A DNA stretch of 64,000 nucleotides from Gordius albopunctatus (Eukaryota), in assembly GCA_964276515.1 (NCBI GenBank), contig OZ193909.1, positions 3,286,001-3,350,000 on the forward strand, read 5' to 3'. Both the position numbers and the translations under genes were made by a program. The first letter of the stretch is position 1, and each line of letters opens with the position of its first letter. Positions 38,783-52,569 of the stretch are shown here, piece after piece. Below the pieces are notes generated by a model, which was not told where the DNA came from, made no database searches, and saw nothing but the letters and a program-made list of their open reading frames with translations.

Positions 38783-41700
38783 CATAGGCGTAGCCAGCAT
38801 TGGAACTAGAGGGGGGGGGCAATAAGAATTTAGGGAGGGGCAAAAAAAATATTTTTTTTTTGAAATTTTAGCCAGGATTCTAATAAATTTCAACAAATTT
38901 TTTGAATTTAGAGGGAGGCAACTGCCCCCCCCCTCTCAACCGAGCCAGAAATACCTTGTAGTGGTGGTTGAGCTTGTGTACTCTCGTGATCCAAGAAGCT
39001 ATACCTTTGGTAGCCAAACACAATTTTTATGTTTGTTACTGGTGGGGTCACCCTATTGGAAAGGTTCTTGGTGAAGGGTCAGACTAAAATTTCTGGGCTT
39101 TTTGAGGGAGTACTTAGTGAAATGGAAGTCCTAGATTAAGCCTATCAATACGAGTGGTCTAAAGAAAAGTTTAATTCACCAAAATGACTGCATCATAAAG
39201 AATAGTAGGAAGTCAAGCACCAAAATCTAACATAGTTCCGTCAGGCTTGGAAGGCCGGGATATCAATACTCCCTCATTCCATATAAACCAAAATGTATAC
39301 TACAACAAAGACGCAGAATGAAAACCATAGGGCGTCCCCCTTAAGCGACGCGCGCATTCTTCGCCTGGAATGTGTGGGAAATAAACGAAGGCTACCGCTC
39401 TCTCAACAAACGGAAGCGGTTAAAGACATTAGTTTGCGTAGGATAAAGTTTGGGTCATGGAATATCGGTACAATGACTAGCAAGAGCAGAGAATTGGCAG
39501 ACGTTCTAAGGAGGAGAAAAATCGATATCGCTTGTATACAAGAGACTAAATGGAAGGGCGAAAAATCAAAATACATAGGTGACGGATACAAACTATATTT
39601 ATACGGTACAGAAACTCACCGGAATGGCATCGGTATAGTTCTATCGGAAGAATTTCAGCAAACTGTCGTCGACGTTAAAAGAATCAATGACAGAATTATG
39701 GCGATACAGCTTTTTTATAAATCTACTACGATAAACGTTATATCGGCATACTCCCCTCAAAATGGATGCTCTGAGACGGAAAAAGAGTCTTTTTGGAAGG
39801 AGCTTGAAGATGTTCTATCCCAATTCGGTAAAGAAGGAATAATAATTATCGGAGCGGACCTCAATGGTGACGTGGGAAAATCAAGGGGAGGATTTGAAAG
39901 AAATCACGGTGGTCGGGGTTACGGCCTAAGAAATGAAGGAGGTACGGAAATTCTAGAAATTGCTCAAGCTTTTGACCTAGCTATAGGAAATACCTTTTTG
40001 AAAAAGAGACAGGAACATCTTATAACGTACAAAAGCGGCAGCCGTACCACTCAGATAGATTTATTTCTAGTCAACAGAGCGCACTTAAAGTATGTTCAAA
40101 ATGTTAAGGTAATACCGAGTGAAATATTGGCCTGACAACAAAAGCTGTTGGTGATGGACTTTATATTAAAGTGCCTTAAAGGGCAGAAGGTACAAAGAGT
40201 AGCCGCTACTATACAATGGAGGAAACTAAAGGATAATATTCAACATTTTTAGGAACAAGTAATTAAACATGCTGAATTTAAGGGAAATACTTCATGTGAG
40301 GATCAATGGAATGGTATAGCTGCCACAATGCGAAAAGCGGGACGACAAATACTAGGTGAAAGCAAGCCCACTAAAAGAATTCTCAAGAAGACATGGTGGT
40401 GGAATGAAGAAGTGCAAAAATGTATCAAGGAAAAAAAGAGATTGTACAAAGTTTGGTATAAAAGCAAGGATAGTAATGATAAGCAAGCTTACCAAGTAGC
40501 TAAAAGATCGGCTAAAGAATTCGTAGCGAAAGCTAAAAACAAGGTGTACGACGATATAAATGTAAAACTAAACTCAAAGGAAGGAGAAAGATTGATCTAC
40601 AAAATCGCAAAGTCAAGGGCCCGAAATTCTAAAGATTACCTAGAATGCCGGCTAATCAAGGGTCAAAAGGGAGAAATACTAACACACGACAACTATATAC
40701 TACAAAGATGATAATGATACGACTATTATAGCGATTTATCAATTGGAAAGGGGCCTGTAGTCGAAGACACTAACCAGGAAAATACAATATGAGAATTAAA
40801 CACAGCGGACTGGATCACGGAAACGGAATTCAAAGTTTCTATTGGTAAACTAAAGTCAGGAAAAGCTCTTGGACCCGACAATATACCAATAGAGCAAAGC
40901 GTTAGGCAATACTGGTGCACAATTTCTCGCCAACCTTTTCAACAATATCTTGAAAACGGATAAAATGCCTGACGAGTGGAGGGATAGCTACATGATCCCG
41001 ATATACAAGATGAAAGGGGACATTCAGGATTGCAACAATTACAGAGGGATAAAGCTTATGAGTCACACTTTCAAGGTGTGGGAAAAAGTGATCGAAAAAC
41101 GGCTTCGGAGTTTGGTTCAAATTCGAGATAACCAATTCGGATTTATGCCTGAGAGGTCTACAGCAGACGCTCTAAACAGTGTTAGAAGATTAATGGAACG
41201 GTTTAAAGAAAGGGAAGAGGATTTGCACATGTGTTTCATCGATCTAGAAAAAGCGTTCGATAAAGTTCCTCGTAATTTAGTTTGGAAATGTCTTGAAGAA
41301 AGCAATGTGCCACAAGTATACGTCAGAGCAATAAAGGATATGTACAAGGGAAATAGAACGTATGTTAGAACAACGGTGGGGACTACAAAGGGCTTCGCCA
41401 TTAATACTGGAGTCCATCAAGGTTCAGCTCTTAGTCCCTTCCTATTCATAATGATAATGGATAATATTACCAAGGATTTGGGCGAGGAAGCTCCTTGGTC
41501 AATGATCTTTGCAGACGATATAATTCTCTGTGCCAAAAGTGAACAAGAATTGGCTAATACTGTAAATAGATGGGTAAATGCAATAGAAGAAAGTGGTCTC
41601 AGGGTAAATCGAAAGAAAACAGAATACATGAAGACAAAGTTTAAATCGGATGAAAACCAGCAAAGTGCAACCCTTACTTTAGGCGATTGGCAACTTACAA

Positions 41701-42337
41701 GTGTGGATTCCTTCAAATATTTAGGATCAACACTTCAATCGGATGGTGGAATGGATAAAGAAATCCAAGCAAGGATAAATTCCGGATGCCTCAAGTGGAG
41801 GGACTTGACAGGTGTTCTGTGCGACAAAAACATCCCGAGAAGACTGAAAGGCGCACTGTATAAATCCATCATACAGCCAACAGTCCTGTATAGCACGGAA
41901 TCATGGGCTATACGTAAAAGAGACGAGCAACGTCTTGCGACCATGGAGATGAGAATGCTAAGATGGGTGCTAGGAGTAAGCAAAAAGGACCACAGGCGAA
42001 ATGAAGAAATAAGAAGAATTTTGGGTACTACATCAATTGCGACAAAGCTCTTAACAAATAGACTAAGATGGTATGGCCATGTCGAAAGAAGGGACGATAG
42101 CTACGTAGGAAAGAAAATCGAAATGATAAATTTCGCAGGAAAACGAAAGAGAGGAAGACCCAAGCTTACCTGGATTTATAAAATACGGTATGATATGAAA
42201 GTCCACAAGATAAAGAAAGATCTATGTAAACATAGAAACAAATGGAAACGAATGCTGAAAGGACTGACCACCAGCCTAGGTGACAAGCAGTCATAGAAAG
42301 AAGAAGAAGAACTGCCCCCCCCCTGGCTACGCCCATG
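38783..42337. mobile_element. CATGGGCGTAGCCAG-family MITE split by an RTE LINE
   Basis: TIRs CATAGGCGTAGCCAG / CTGGCTACGCCCATG with 8-bp TSD GATATATG (38775-38782, 42338-42345). Confidence 0.9.
38935..42309 (+). mobile_element. Full-length RTE-clade LINE (APE endonuclease + reverse transcriptase) with premature stops
   Basis: APE motifs (GSWNIGT, CIQETKW, SAYSPQ, GADLNG, QIDLFL) in 39293-40135 and RT motifs (QFGFMP, FIDLEKAFD, GVHQGSALSP, FADD, YLGS) in 40950-42296. (GAA)n tail and 15-bp TSD AACTGCCCCCCCCCT (38920-38934, 42310-42324). Confidence 0.95.
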
Positions 42338-43724
42338 GATATATGGAAGTCATTAATATAATTTAAAACTATGATTGACGCACTTAAGGATGTTATTATT
42401 TTCAATATAATTAGCAGTTGGATTCTAAACTCCGATCCAACGAAGGAAAACGATGTTTGAAGATTAATGCAGCTTTGCCAAATAGCCTTACATCAACCCA
42501 AGCATTATTTTTTAATTGCAACTTTTAGGCAAAATTTAAATTAATTTTTATTAAGTATGATAAATAAAGATTTTAATTAATATTGCTAAAATTTAATCAA
42601 TTAATTTTTTCAATTACAATTAAATTTTAATAGCTATTTTATAATACATTTAAAAATGTAACGCCATTTTCTTTGGCCGTTATGATTTCGGAAGATTCCC
42701 ACCCATTGTCACCAAATTTATTCGATAGCTGGAGCCATAATTTTTAAAAATGAAAATGCGATCCAGTGGACGCAAAATTAAAACATAAACCTACTTATTT
42801 TCGTTACAGTAGTACTCATTGACCTGAAAGTTATTCCCCTATTGTTTTGCCATTTGTGCCAATTTTTTGCTCACCTACTGGCAATTTTTCACATTATATA
42901 AGCCTGTGACAAATAAAGTCTTAATTTGAGAACCATCATGATTTGCTTTTAGAAAAATAACGCGCCCTTTTGAATCTCCCGCTTCGAGCTTTTTGAAGCA
43001 GGGATCTGTATATCCTATATACCAATCAAAACCTTTATCACTTATAATCCTAGCAGTTTAATATGATCGCAATACCAACAATTACAATTTGCATTTTTTC
43101 CTCTTAAATTATTTTGTGATTTTTCGGGGCTAAAGCGACCCTTTTAAATATTTTTGCATTTTCTAAATAACATGTTCCCTTAACTTTTAAAACATTCTAT
43201 ATTATATAGAATCTACTTTTTTATAAGGTTCATATGAAAATATCTCATTTTGAGAAATTTAATGATCTTTAAACCCAGCCTAATATAATCACCCCAGGGC
43301 TATCAAAACCGAGTCTATTGTTATCTTTTTACAAACAAATGGTATGATGTTCATTTAGCTTAAAAATATGGCAGCCTAAAGGAAATAGTTGAACAAATGA
43401 ATTTAAGTTACTACAATTAAAAAGTATAGCAAAATGTCCAATTATGAAGAAAATTTTGCAAAAGAAATAACAAGAGTAACTTTTAGCAAAGAACAAATAT
43501 TAGCTGATTATCTTATAAAAGGTTCAAAACTTAATACAGATCCATGGCCTATACAATTAATTTTAATATTAAGGCTTAAAATTAATTATAATTATTTTAT
43601 AGGTGAGATATTTATTCTATCCATGGCTACAAACAAAATTTGTTATATCTGAATCATGGTTGATTTTCTTAAAACCCATGAGGCTCCCAGCATATTAAGG
43701 GCAATAAGCCTTAATATGTTTAAT

Positions 43725-46700
43725 CTTAGACTAGATAGACTGCTCATCGAAGTGGCATTCATTTGAAAATTGTGTACCCAATAATCCGCGATTTAAATAA
43801 GTGAAAATTTGGAAAAGACATAGGTAAATATATTTGATTATTTATTTACATTCCTATATCATATCATGATGTTAGGTGTTTCGTATTTATAAAAATACGC
43901 TTTAAATAGGATACGATTCATTAATTTTATTGTTAGCAATCATTTTATTATTTATTTAATTTCTAGCTAAATCTATTTATTTTCTAGAACTACCGCGAAT
44001 ATTAATTAGTTTTATTTTTCGTACTACTACATCTTTCGCATAGATTTATTAAACTTCAAAATTTATTATCTCTATCAATTATTTCCACTAACAATTCGTT
44101 TTATGGTAGTAACAATAATGATGGATGAGGTAATCAGATTACGCGTAAATAACGATAACGCACAAATAATAATAAACAGCGAAGTGGTAACAATAATGAT
44201 AAATAGCGAAAATAGCAATAAACTAACAAATAGCGAAATTAACCATCATCGTGATTCTACAATCTATTAATAAACGCGTGGCCTTTAAAAGCCAAACGAT
44301 ATCATAAAATCCAAATTTTATGTGTTAAGTAATGAAATTAATCCAAGGGTAATTTTATGGTGAAGTAATAAAATTATTAAAAACTTGGCTTAATGCCACA
44401 AGGTGTTCAATTATTTTAAATATAATAGGAATAACTCAAATAACATTATGGCTTATTGTGCAGCTTATGGATGCAACAACTCAAGACCTAAAAATAAGGA
44501 GCTTTCCTTCCACACGTAAATTTAAAAATATATCAAACCATCATACATTTTAATATATATTTAACCTTTTTTTATATATTCTTATGTTATTTTTTATATA
44601 TTTCTTTGCTCATCAACTAACCAATTAGGTTTCCCCTAAAGAACAAACCACTTCTTTAAATACTCCCTAATGTGCAGTGCCCATTTTACTCCTGATTTAT
44701 TTTATGCCACCCCCAATAAATATAAGACACTTAGAGAAGGTGCAATACCTACAATTTTTAATTTACCAGAGCATCTTCAAGAAATATTATTGAATCAATT
44801 ATTATAAATTATACAATTTTAGAAACCTTCCCCTACAAGGAGGACTAGAGATTTAACAAATCAATTATCCACAAAAAGAAAAGAACTCTCAAAACTGCCC
44901 TTAAACAACTTTGACAAGGACAACACTTTTCTTAGGAAAAAGGCAATGACTACTAGCGAGTTAGCTCCTCAAAATCTAAAATTGAATTAAGCCCTATTAA
45001 ACAACTAAGAATCTCTAATAAGAGGTTTAACATTCAGCAAGTGCATACAGATACCTTAGGAATATTATATACCTCTCTTCAGAATCATCATTAAGAAGGT
45101 GGACCATTTGTCTTGATGTTAATCCTGGTAAATTCTATAATGAGTTGATAATATTTTTAGGGTTCTTAAAATTTTCTATTGAGAAAATCAAATATCTTGT
45201 TTTGAAATCCAAACCAAATCAGTGGTATATGTAGCACTATCTTTAGATGAAATGGCTATTTAAAAGAATATCCGGTGGGATAGCAAACAATATAATGGGT
45301 ATTTTTTGGTAGAATTTGTCTATGCTTAATATAATTGGCACCTCTCTTTTTGAGGATTTGTCTCAACATATATTGGAGCAAGATAATTTGTCATCCCTTT
45401 TTATATATTAATTAAACTTATTATATGTAAATACCTAAAAATATTATTTCATAGCAATTTGCAATCAAACTTTAAAATTAAAAATTCATAGGAGAATAAT
45501 ATATTTTACTATTTGATTATTTACAATCTTCTATTAAATAGGTTATATTTTTTAAATACAAAAATACATGAATGTCTTTCATAATATTCAACGAAGTATA
45601 GGTGGCGCTAGAGCCCTGCAAAATTGAATTTTATCGGCCCGGGCCTGACCCGAGCCCGAAACCTTTTTTTATTTTTTGCCCGAGCCCGATTTGTTTTTTT
45701 CAGTCAGGCCCGACCCGAGCCCGAGCCCGGCCCGACTTTTGTAAAAATGTAAATTTGTACCAATTTTATTTCAAAAATTTATTTATAAATATATTACGTA
45801 TCGCGAATATTATGTGATTTAAAATATGAATAATTATGGTAAATAAATAAAGTAGAGTCTAATTTATCGGGTTTTAACGAAGTCCTTCTCTCTTCGTAAG
45901 CTCGCCCAGCTGTAGAAAAGGCTCGCTCATCGCTAGCTGATGTAGCAGGTATTGCCACATACTTTCTAGCCAAATTGCTCAAACAAGGAAATTCACTCTG
46001 ATGCATCTACCACCCTTCCAAAACTTCCATACCATCAATATAATTCGTATTTAAATATTTATGTAATTCATCTTCCTCAGCTTCGTTATCTATTCTGGGC
46101 TCTTCCCAACTACTTAAATCTAAAAATTCTTCCTCCATTATATTATCTAGAAAAATAATAAGTGTTTAATGCAAATTAAAAAATTACCATGCTCGACGGC
46201 TATACTAGGCGTAACTGTATTAACCGGAGGATTAGCCTTAATCCTTTCCTCCATAATCATTAAATTTCGTATATGATGACAAATGTCATCAAATTCATAG
46301 CCAGGCAGCATTATTAAATTTCGATACTTTGGATTTAATAATGCGGATAATTTATGAATAATATCAAGTTCAAATTTTGAATTTAAAAACGAAAGGGCCT
46401 TCTTGGCCAAAGTGTTAAACTCTTCGCTAAAAAAGGGTTTTTTCAAACATTCGATTAGTCTGTAATGGCATAAGAGTACCATGTTAATGGTCGGCTTTGC
46501 ATCAGCCTCCAATTCATCACTAGCCGTTTTAAATGGCTTCAGAAATTTTATTAGGCTTTTAACTATTTCTATATCGATATTCTCTATAATTGCCGAATCA
46601 CCCCGTGATTGCAAAACAGCCGATATATTATTATATTGGTTGTATTAGGGTTTAAAAACACGCAACGCGTCTAAATCAAAAACTTAAAATCAAACAAATT

Positions 46701-47368
46701 AATATATGGGGGGTAGTAAAATTCTAAATATTTATTTGTAGGGGGATTATTTTGTATTGTAATTATATTTTGGATTAATATTTATTCAAATTTTTTTTCG
46801 GGCTCGGGCCACGGGTCGGGCTGGCCCATCCGCCCCGATCCAAGCCCGAGGCCCGATCAATGTTTTAAAATTTACCCGAGCTCAGCCCGAAAGCCCGTCG
46901 GGCCGGGCCGAACTCGGGCCGGACCTCGGATGGCCCGTGCAGGGCTCTAGGTGGCGCTAAAACTAAAGTTACTTAATTTTATTAAATTAGTGTTTTTTAT
47001 TGACAATTTCTTAGTCTTTTCATCGTTAAATCTTGCTTGACTAACGATATATTATTAGTAAATAATAGTTTGTTTTAATTATATATTACAATTTCAGTCG
47101 TAGAATCATAAAAATATATAATAAATTTCATATGTTAGGGTTTAAATCCCGATTTTTATTATATCCCCAAGACCATAAAATATGTAATCGAATACTGTTT
47201 AGTTCAGGGTTTATTATCTATATTCCAGTATTTACGAGACACTAGAGTAGAGGGTATATGTGATTAACATTCTCTAGCAGTATAACAGTCTCATAATTTC
47301 ACTTATTAAAATGGCGGTTAACGAGGCAACACTTTTACAAAGAGGATGAGCAGTCTATCTAGTCTTTG
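43725..47368 (+). mobile_element. P-element/THAP9-type DNA transposon, internally deleted
   Basis: TIRs CTTAGACTAGATAGACTGCTCATC / GATGAGCAGTCTATCTAGTCTTTG with 8-bp TSD TGTTTAAT. Spliced THAP domain from 44448 (MAYCAAYGCNN…LSFH/FP…CSAHF…GAIPTIF) and SLDEMAI motif at ~45240. Confidence 0.9.
45609..46949 (-). mobile_element. hAT element nested in the P-type element, with transposase 3' half
   Basis: TIRs TAGAGCCCTGCA / TGCAGGGCTCTA with 8-bp TSD GGTGGCGC. ORFs 46147-46614 (FLKPFK…LLNPKYR) and 45794-46006 (LARKYVAIPATSASDERAFSTAG, hATC domain); 41-nt intron 46147-46187 and an internal TAG stop. Confidence 0.92.
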
Positions 47369-47491
47369 TGTTTAATACTTTATTTGAAGATTCTATTATA
47401 ATATCCAACCATATAAATCAAATTTGCGAAATATATTGATAAAATGAAACAGGTTTAAATTCAAATGACTAACAACATTTAAATAGTCAAA

Positions 47492-48208
47492 TCTTATATA
47501 TAAAAATGAAACTATGTGTGTATATATGCCGCCACCAATTTTGGAAACAACTACCAGACCGATTTGGCTCGAAATTTCACAGTTTATTCCTGACACTCCG
47601 GAGCATGTTTTAATTTGTTCGAGCCAAATCGGTCCAGTAGTTTTCGAGAACGGTTTAGTGCCTGATTCTCAACTTTTGTAAACAACAAAACAATTTAAAT
47701 AACGCGTTATGTTGGTATTTAACGAACGCGTTATGTAGTATTCGTACGCGTTGCACTGTATACGGAAATAGAACAATAGAAGTAGAACATATAGACATCA
47801 AACTTTATTTTTACTTCAATAACCGCTTTATCATCATATATGCCCTAAAATTCCAACATAATTGAGGTAAAATAATCAACTATTTTGCATTAATAATAAA
47901 ATTTACCATTTAATAAATCAGCAATTTATTGCATGTATGCTTTACCAAAAGAAATTTTATTGCTATTAACTTCACAAATCACGACTGGCTTTGTTAACGG
48001 GCAATCTTGGCTCCGAAGAATGACGACGTCAACAAAATTAATAATCGCATCCTATTGAACATTCCGGTGAACCATTTACTTACACATCTGTTGACACAGT
48101 TATCGATGCAGATCAGGCGGTGAATTATCCAACCGAATTTCTAAATTCATTGGAACCATCGCGAATGCCACTTCACAAATGATTCTGAAAATTGGCTCAC
48201 CTATAATG
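47492..48208 (+). mobile_element. Internally deleted Helitron: 5' end plus PIF1-helicase fragment
   Basis: A|TCTTATATATAAAAATG 5' terminus. ~47990-48208 encodes RAILAPKNDDVNKIN…YPTEFLNSLEP..MPLH..LKIGSPIM with frameshifts. Confidence 0.85.
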
Positions 48209-49440
48209 TAGTGGTGGGAAAAACCTTAGGTGTGGCGGACCTTGGGTTCGCCCAAAGTCAGGTTGTTTTAAAACCTGATTTAGCCTGGGTTTTGCATCTG
48301 CCTAAGAGTTCTCAAGATCCCCAAATAAAATTTTGGGGCTAGATTCAAACTGTAGCTCAAACCCTTAGGCCGGAACGAATCCCAAAACTCTGACAAACCC
48401 CAAGGTCAGGTCACCTTTGGCTTTCCATTCATAAGGTATGGTTTTTATATCCTAATATTTTGACTGAACTACAGTCACTAAGCAATTTATCCTAATATCA
48501 ATATATAAAATGCTAGAGCTATTAAAAGTTCATTTTAAAAAGGAACTTGTCAAGTTCCAGTTTCTTTGCCTAAAATGGAGCTAGTTCCAGTTCCTTTTGA
48601 AGTTCCTTTTAAATTTTTTTTTAAATGTACAAACATCTTTTATTAATTCATAAAACCAATATATTATATATAACAATTTATAAAAATCATCAGGTAATAA
48701 ATGTTTATTTGATTTTAACAAAATATTATTTTCAAAGTTGTCATCTAAAAGACATGTTCGCTTGTCTCCAAATAAAATTTTGCCCAAGCTAAATAATTTT
48801 TCCACAAGGGCACTTGAAGGTAATGGTGTATTATATTTAATAAATAGTTTTTTTAAATGAGGAAAACTGTCTAAAATACTTAAATTCCGGTTATTAGAAA
48901 GCAAAAAACGTTCAATTGATTTATTCTTTTGATCATTTTTAATCACTCATCTAAAATCAAAAGATCATAGATTTAATATTTATAAACTTACTATTACTAG
49001 GAATATGATAAAAATTAAAAACCAATTAAAGGAAATGAACTTTATATAAATTACCATAAGTCGAAAAATTTATTTAACACTACCGTTAATAAAATACTAA
49101 ATAATATTTAAATTATAAATTAATTAAAAATTTTTTAAAGCAAATTGAAATTAGCAAAAGGAACTTGTAAGTAGTTCCTTTTGCGATAAATTAAGAAAAA
49201 AAGGAACTAGTTCCAGTTCCTCATTTTAAGAAGGAACTTATTAGTTGATTTTTTTTAAAAAAAGGAACAGGAACTAGTTCCTTTAACACCTCTAATAATA
49301 AATAATAGAAATTTTAAAATTTCTTTTAGGTTGTTATTGACCTTCGAGGCAGATTTTAGCGTTTTAAAAGACCTCAAGGTTTTTTGAAAAGCCTAACGTA
49401 TTAAGTTAGGTCGACAAAACCTGAGGTTTTTCCATCACTA
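48209..49440 (-). mobile_element. hAT-type element containing a second hAT relic (~48514-49294) with hATC fragment
   Basis: Outer TIRs TAGTGGTGGGAAAAACC / GGTTTTTCCATCACTA. ORF 48581-48946 reads FPHLKKLFIKYNTPLPSSALVEKLFSLG. Confidence 0.75.
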
Positions 49441-49683
49441 CTTCTCACACAACCCAGCTTATAATAGGAGCATGGGGATACCCTTGCTCAAAAATATTCA
49501 CACCCGAATAGCAAGGCTAGTCGCCTTGCTCCATCCCTGTTCCCAACCCCGTTCCACGTCGCTCCAACCCCACATCACCTAAATATTATTTTGTATGGGA
49601 GGCGATGCGCTTCTAATTACTATGCTATGACGCATATGCATAAGTTATGAGAGGGAGGGGTAGGGGATAGTGCGTGCTGCTAC

Positions 49684-50060
49684 CAGGGGTTTGAACCCGC
49701 CCAAAATAAAATCGGGTTCGGGTTCGTGTTCGGCATAAATTTTGAAATCGAAATCGTGTTCGGGTTTAAGGAATTGGGTTCGGGTACAGGCTCGGGTTCA
49801 AGAAATTATATTATACTAATAATACATTTTTACCTTCAAAAAATTATTGAATAGTTAACTTAATTTTTAAATAGCACCTAATTAAATTCACATGCCAATT
49901 ATTTTATCTCATTGTGCATATGTATTTATTGAATTTTTAATGTTCTAATTTATTTTTGGATTTAAAAGCAATAAAAATATTATGTAGATTTAATTTAATA
50001 TTTACAAATTTTTATGGAGTTATTATTAACTTTTTAAAAACTGTTATTATAATTAAAAAC
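49684..50060. mobile_element. One arm of the CAGGGGTTTG hAT MITE
   Basis: Reverse complement of ~27960-28343. Confidence 0.8.
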
Positions 50061-50061
50061 A

Positions 50062-52405
50062 TTTTCCAGGAAACAAAAGGTCTTGTATGTCGTCCCATGC
50101 TGGGTTGCATGTAAAAGTTATGAATAGGTCCGGACGACCGTAGTTACGAACATAGTGAGCGTATTCATGCATATGGCGCTGACTTCCTGTATATAGGAAG
50201 AAGGCAAAATGGTCAATCTCCCAACGTTAATGGTATTAGCGTGGTTACGAACTGCATCGCGCAAATGGATATATTCTTCTGAACGAAGTTTAGTCTGATT
50301 TAAGCGGATGAATAACAAACGTTCCGATTCAATTTTGGCATACATATCGACGATGTATTGGTGAAATAATTGGTGGCATTTTAAAATATAATTGTACCCG
50401 TCCGCTCGAACCATTATTCTGTAAGAATAATAGTTCATAGCGCTGCATTTTGAGTTAGTAGCTGCGCCATTGACTGGGTTTATCATTTTAACGTTAAAAT
50501 GATATCCGTCAGCACCATCCCAAAATAAAAGTGGATATTGGAGGGGGTCATAGCAGCGATGAGTGTCAGCAACATTTGTCAAAGCATGGTTTCTCCTATG
50601 AAGCACAATGTCTCTAGATTGAAATTGATCCTCAACTATAACTAGGGCGACTTCGTGTATAGATGGGGCATTAAATCTTCTCCCATGTTCATCGGGAGGA
50701 GTTTTTTCAGCATGGATGACTATTTTGTGGGTATCTGAAGGCATTATGTCCAATGCTGTTTTGAACAAATGCACTAAATTATTATTAGCATGAAGAAGCA
50801 ACTGAAGTTGTGAAACGATAGATTTTTTTAAACTGCTAAAAATGCTAAGGCATGCATCTAATTCTATCTCATCATCCCCGATAAAATAGAGTTGTAGGTA
50901 CTTATGTTGCCCTTCAGGCAATGGAAGGAGGGAGCCGGCTCTATGATAGATTTGGCCTTTTACCTTGAATGTTGGCATAAATTGTGTGGTTATAACATCA
51001 GCGCCAAACAACGTCATTTGGAAGCAGGAGTTATATTTCCTGATGTTCGATAGGAAATGTTTCGAATCGGTTGTATAACCAGCCAGCAATGTTTGTAATG
51101 TCTCAGGCGGTTCTGTAAGTTGAGGCAGTTTAACTTTCCCAGCTGCGCAACACATTCCAGTCGTTTCTCCAGCAAATTTGAGAGCTTTGCAATGAGGACA
51201 CACAACAGTCATAGTACCAATGAGAACATGTCGACGTAAACTTTCAACATTAGATGGGTAAGAAAACGCTAGGCGGTTGCCTGCGGGTAATGGCTGAGCA
51301 CGTGAAGGTGGCTGAGGCAGAGTTGCAGACTCTTGTAGTTCATTTTCAAACTCAAGAGTACGCAATCGGCACAATCGATCCGCATTTCGTGTACTACGTC
51401 CAATAGATGGGGACGCATGAATCTAAAGTCGATATACCAAGAAAATTAAAAATACATGAATAGGTCGAATTTTTTTAAAGTAAAACTTGTTTTTATTAAA
51501 TGAAACTTTGTATACTAAAAAATTATTGAAGTAAAAATGTAGTCTTTACAAAAATCAATTGATATTGTCTAAAATATGGATGACATATATAAAATATGGT
51601 AAAATTTTTAGATTTTGAATAATCATTAAAATTGCTAACAATAAAATAAATATAATAAAACAAAATATATAAGTTGTTGTTTTCCTAATAGTGTAATATT
51701 GATAAATGAATTACTTAAGCCTTACAATTAAAAATATATAAACATGAAATTAGCATTTAAGATAGCATTGCAATAAAAATTTAATTATATTACATATATG
51801 GCTTTTAAATATGATGAACTTTCCTATTAATTGTTAAATTGACTTAAGCCTTACAATTAAAAAGATATAAAGATGAAATTAGCTTTTAAGATGGATTTTA
51901 AATATGATGAACTTACCTTATCCTGTCACAGATCACAAACGTGGGAATGCGCAAGTATAACTTCGAACTTCGTAAAATTGAAAAAAAAATCACGAAACGT
52001 GGCAATCTTTATTAAAGCGCGCATTATATTTATTTAAGTATATGATGATGTATTACGGTATCTAGAATATTTATTTGTTACGGATTTATATATTGTAAAG
52101 AAAACGGGCGTAGTTAAGTAAAATATTGAGACACAAATGAAAAATAAATCATGGAAAAAAGTTTAAGGCAAAAAGTAGCACCATAACGATAAATAAGTAC
52201 AAACAACGCAGTATAAATAATCCGCTAGATGGCGGTATACATTAACAAAAAAACATGGTTCCCGCTGTCGTGGGTTGATAAACAGTATCTATAAACCTTT
52301 TACAAAGCTAAGGCAATAATCTGGCCAAATTTGGTGGCAATCGGTTGAGAACTCTAAAAGTTATTAGCGTTCAAAAAAAGGGACTTAGATTTTTATATAT
52401 ATAGA
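50062..52405 (-). mobile_element. Helitron 5' half (RepHel N-terminal region), 3'-truncated
   Basis: Minus-strand A|TCTATATATATAAAA start at 52405. ORF 50118-51374 has a CPHC…CC zinc finger, YPLLFWDG, LFHQYIVDMYAKIESERL and ILPSS, continuing after a frameshift into YGRPDLFITFTCNPAW (Rep motif 1). Confidence 0.92.
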
Positions 52406-52569
52406 TAAACATAAATAATTTCAAATACAAATGCATAATGAAAATATTTTGCTGACAATATAAACATAAATAATTTTAAATAGATATACATAGTGAACAC
52501 TTTTTGCTGGAGCAACTTTTAATTCAAGCCTAAAATTTGTTATAGTCAAGCACATAATTTAAATTTACC

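Noticed and set aside
39403..42405. Minus-strand ORFs overlapping the RTE LINE (also 62041-63734)
   Set aside because: Antisense shadows of the LINE coding frame with no independent features.
49441..50117. Apparent TIR pair CTTCTCACACAACCCAGC / GCTGGGTTGCATGTAAAAG
   Set aside because: The right-hand sequence is Helitron coding sequence (FTCNPAW motif), so the match is coincidental.
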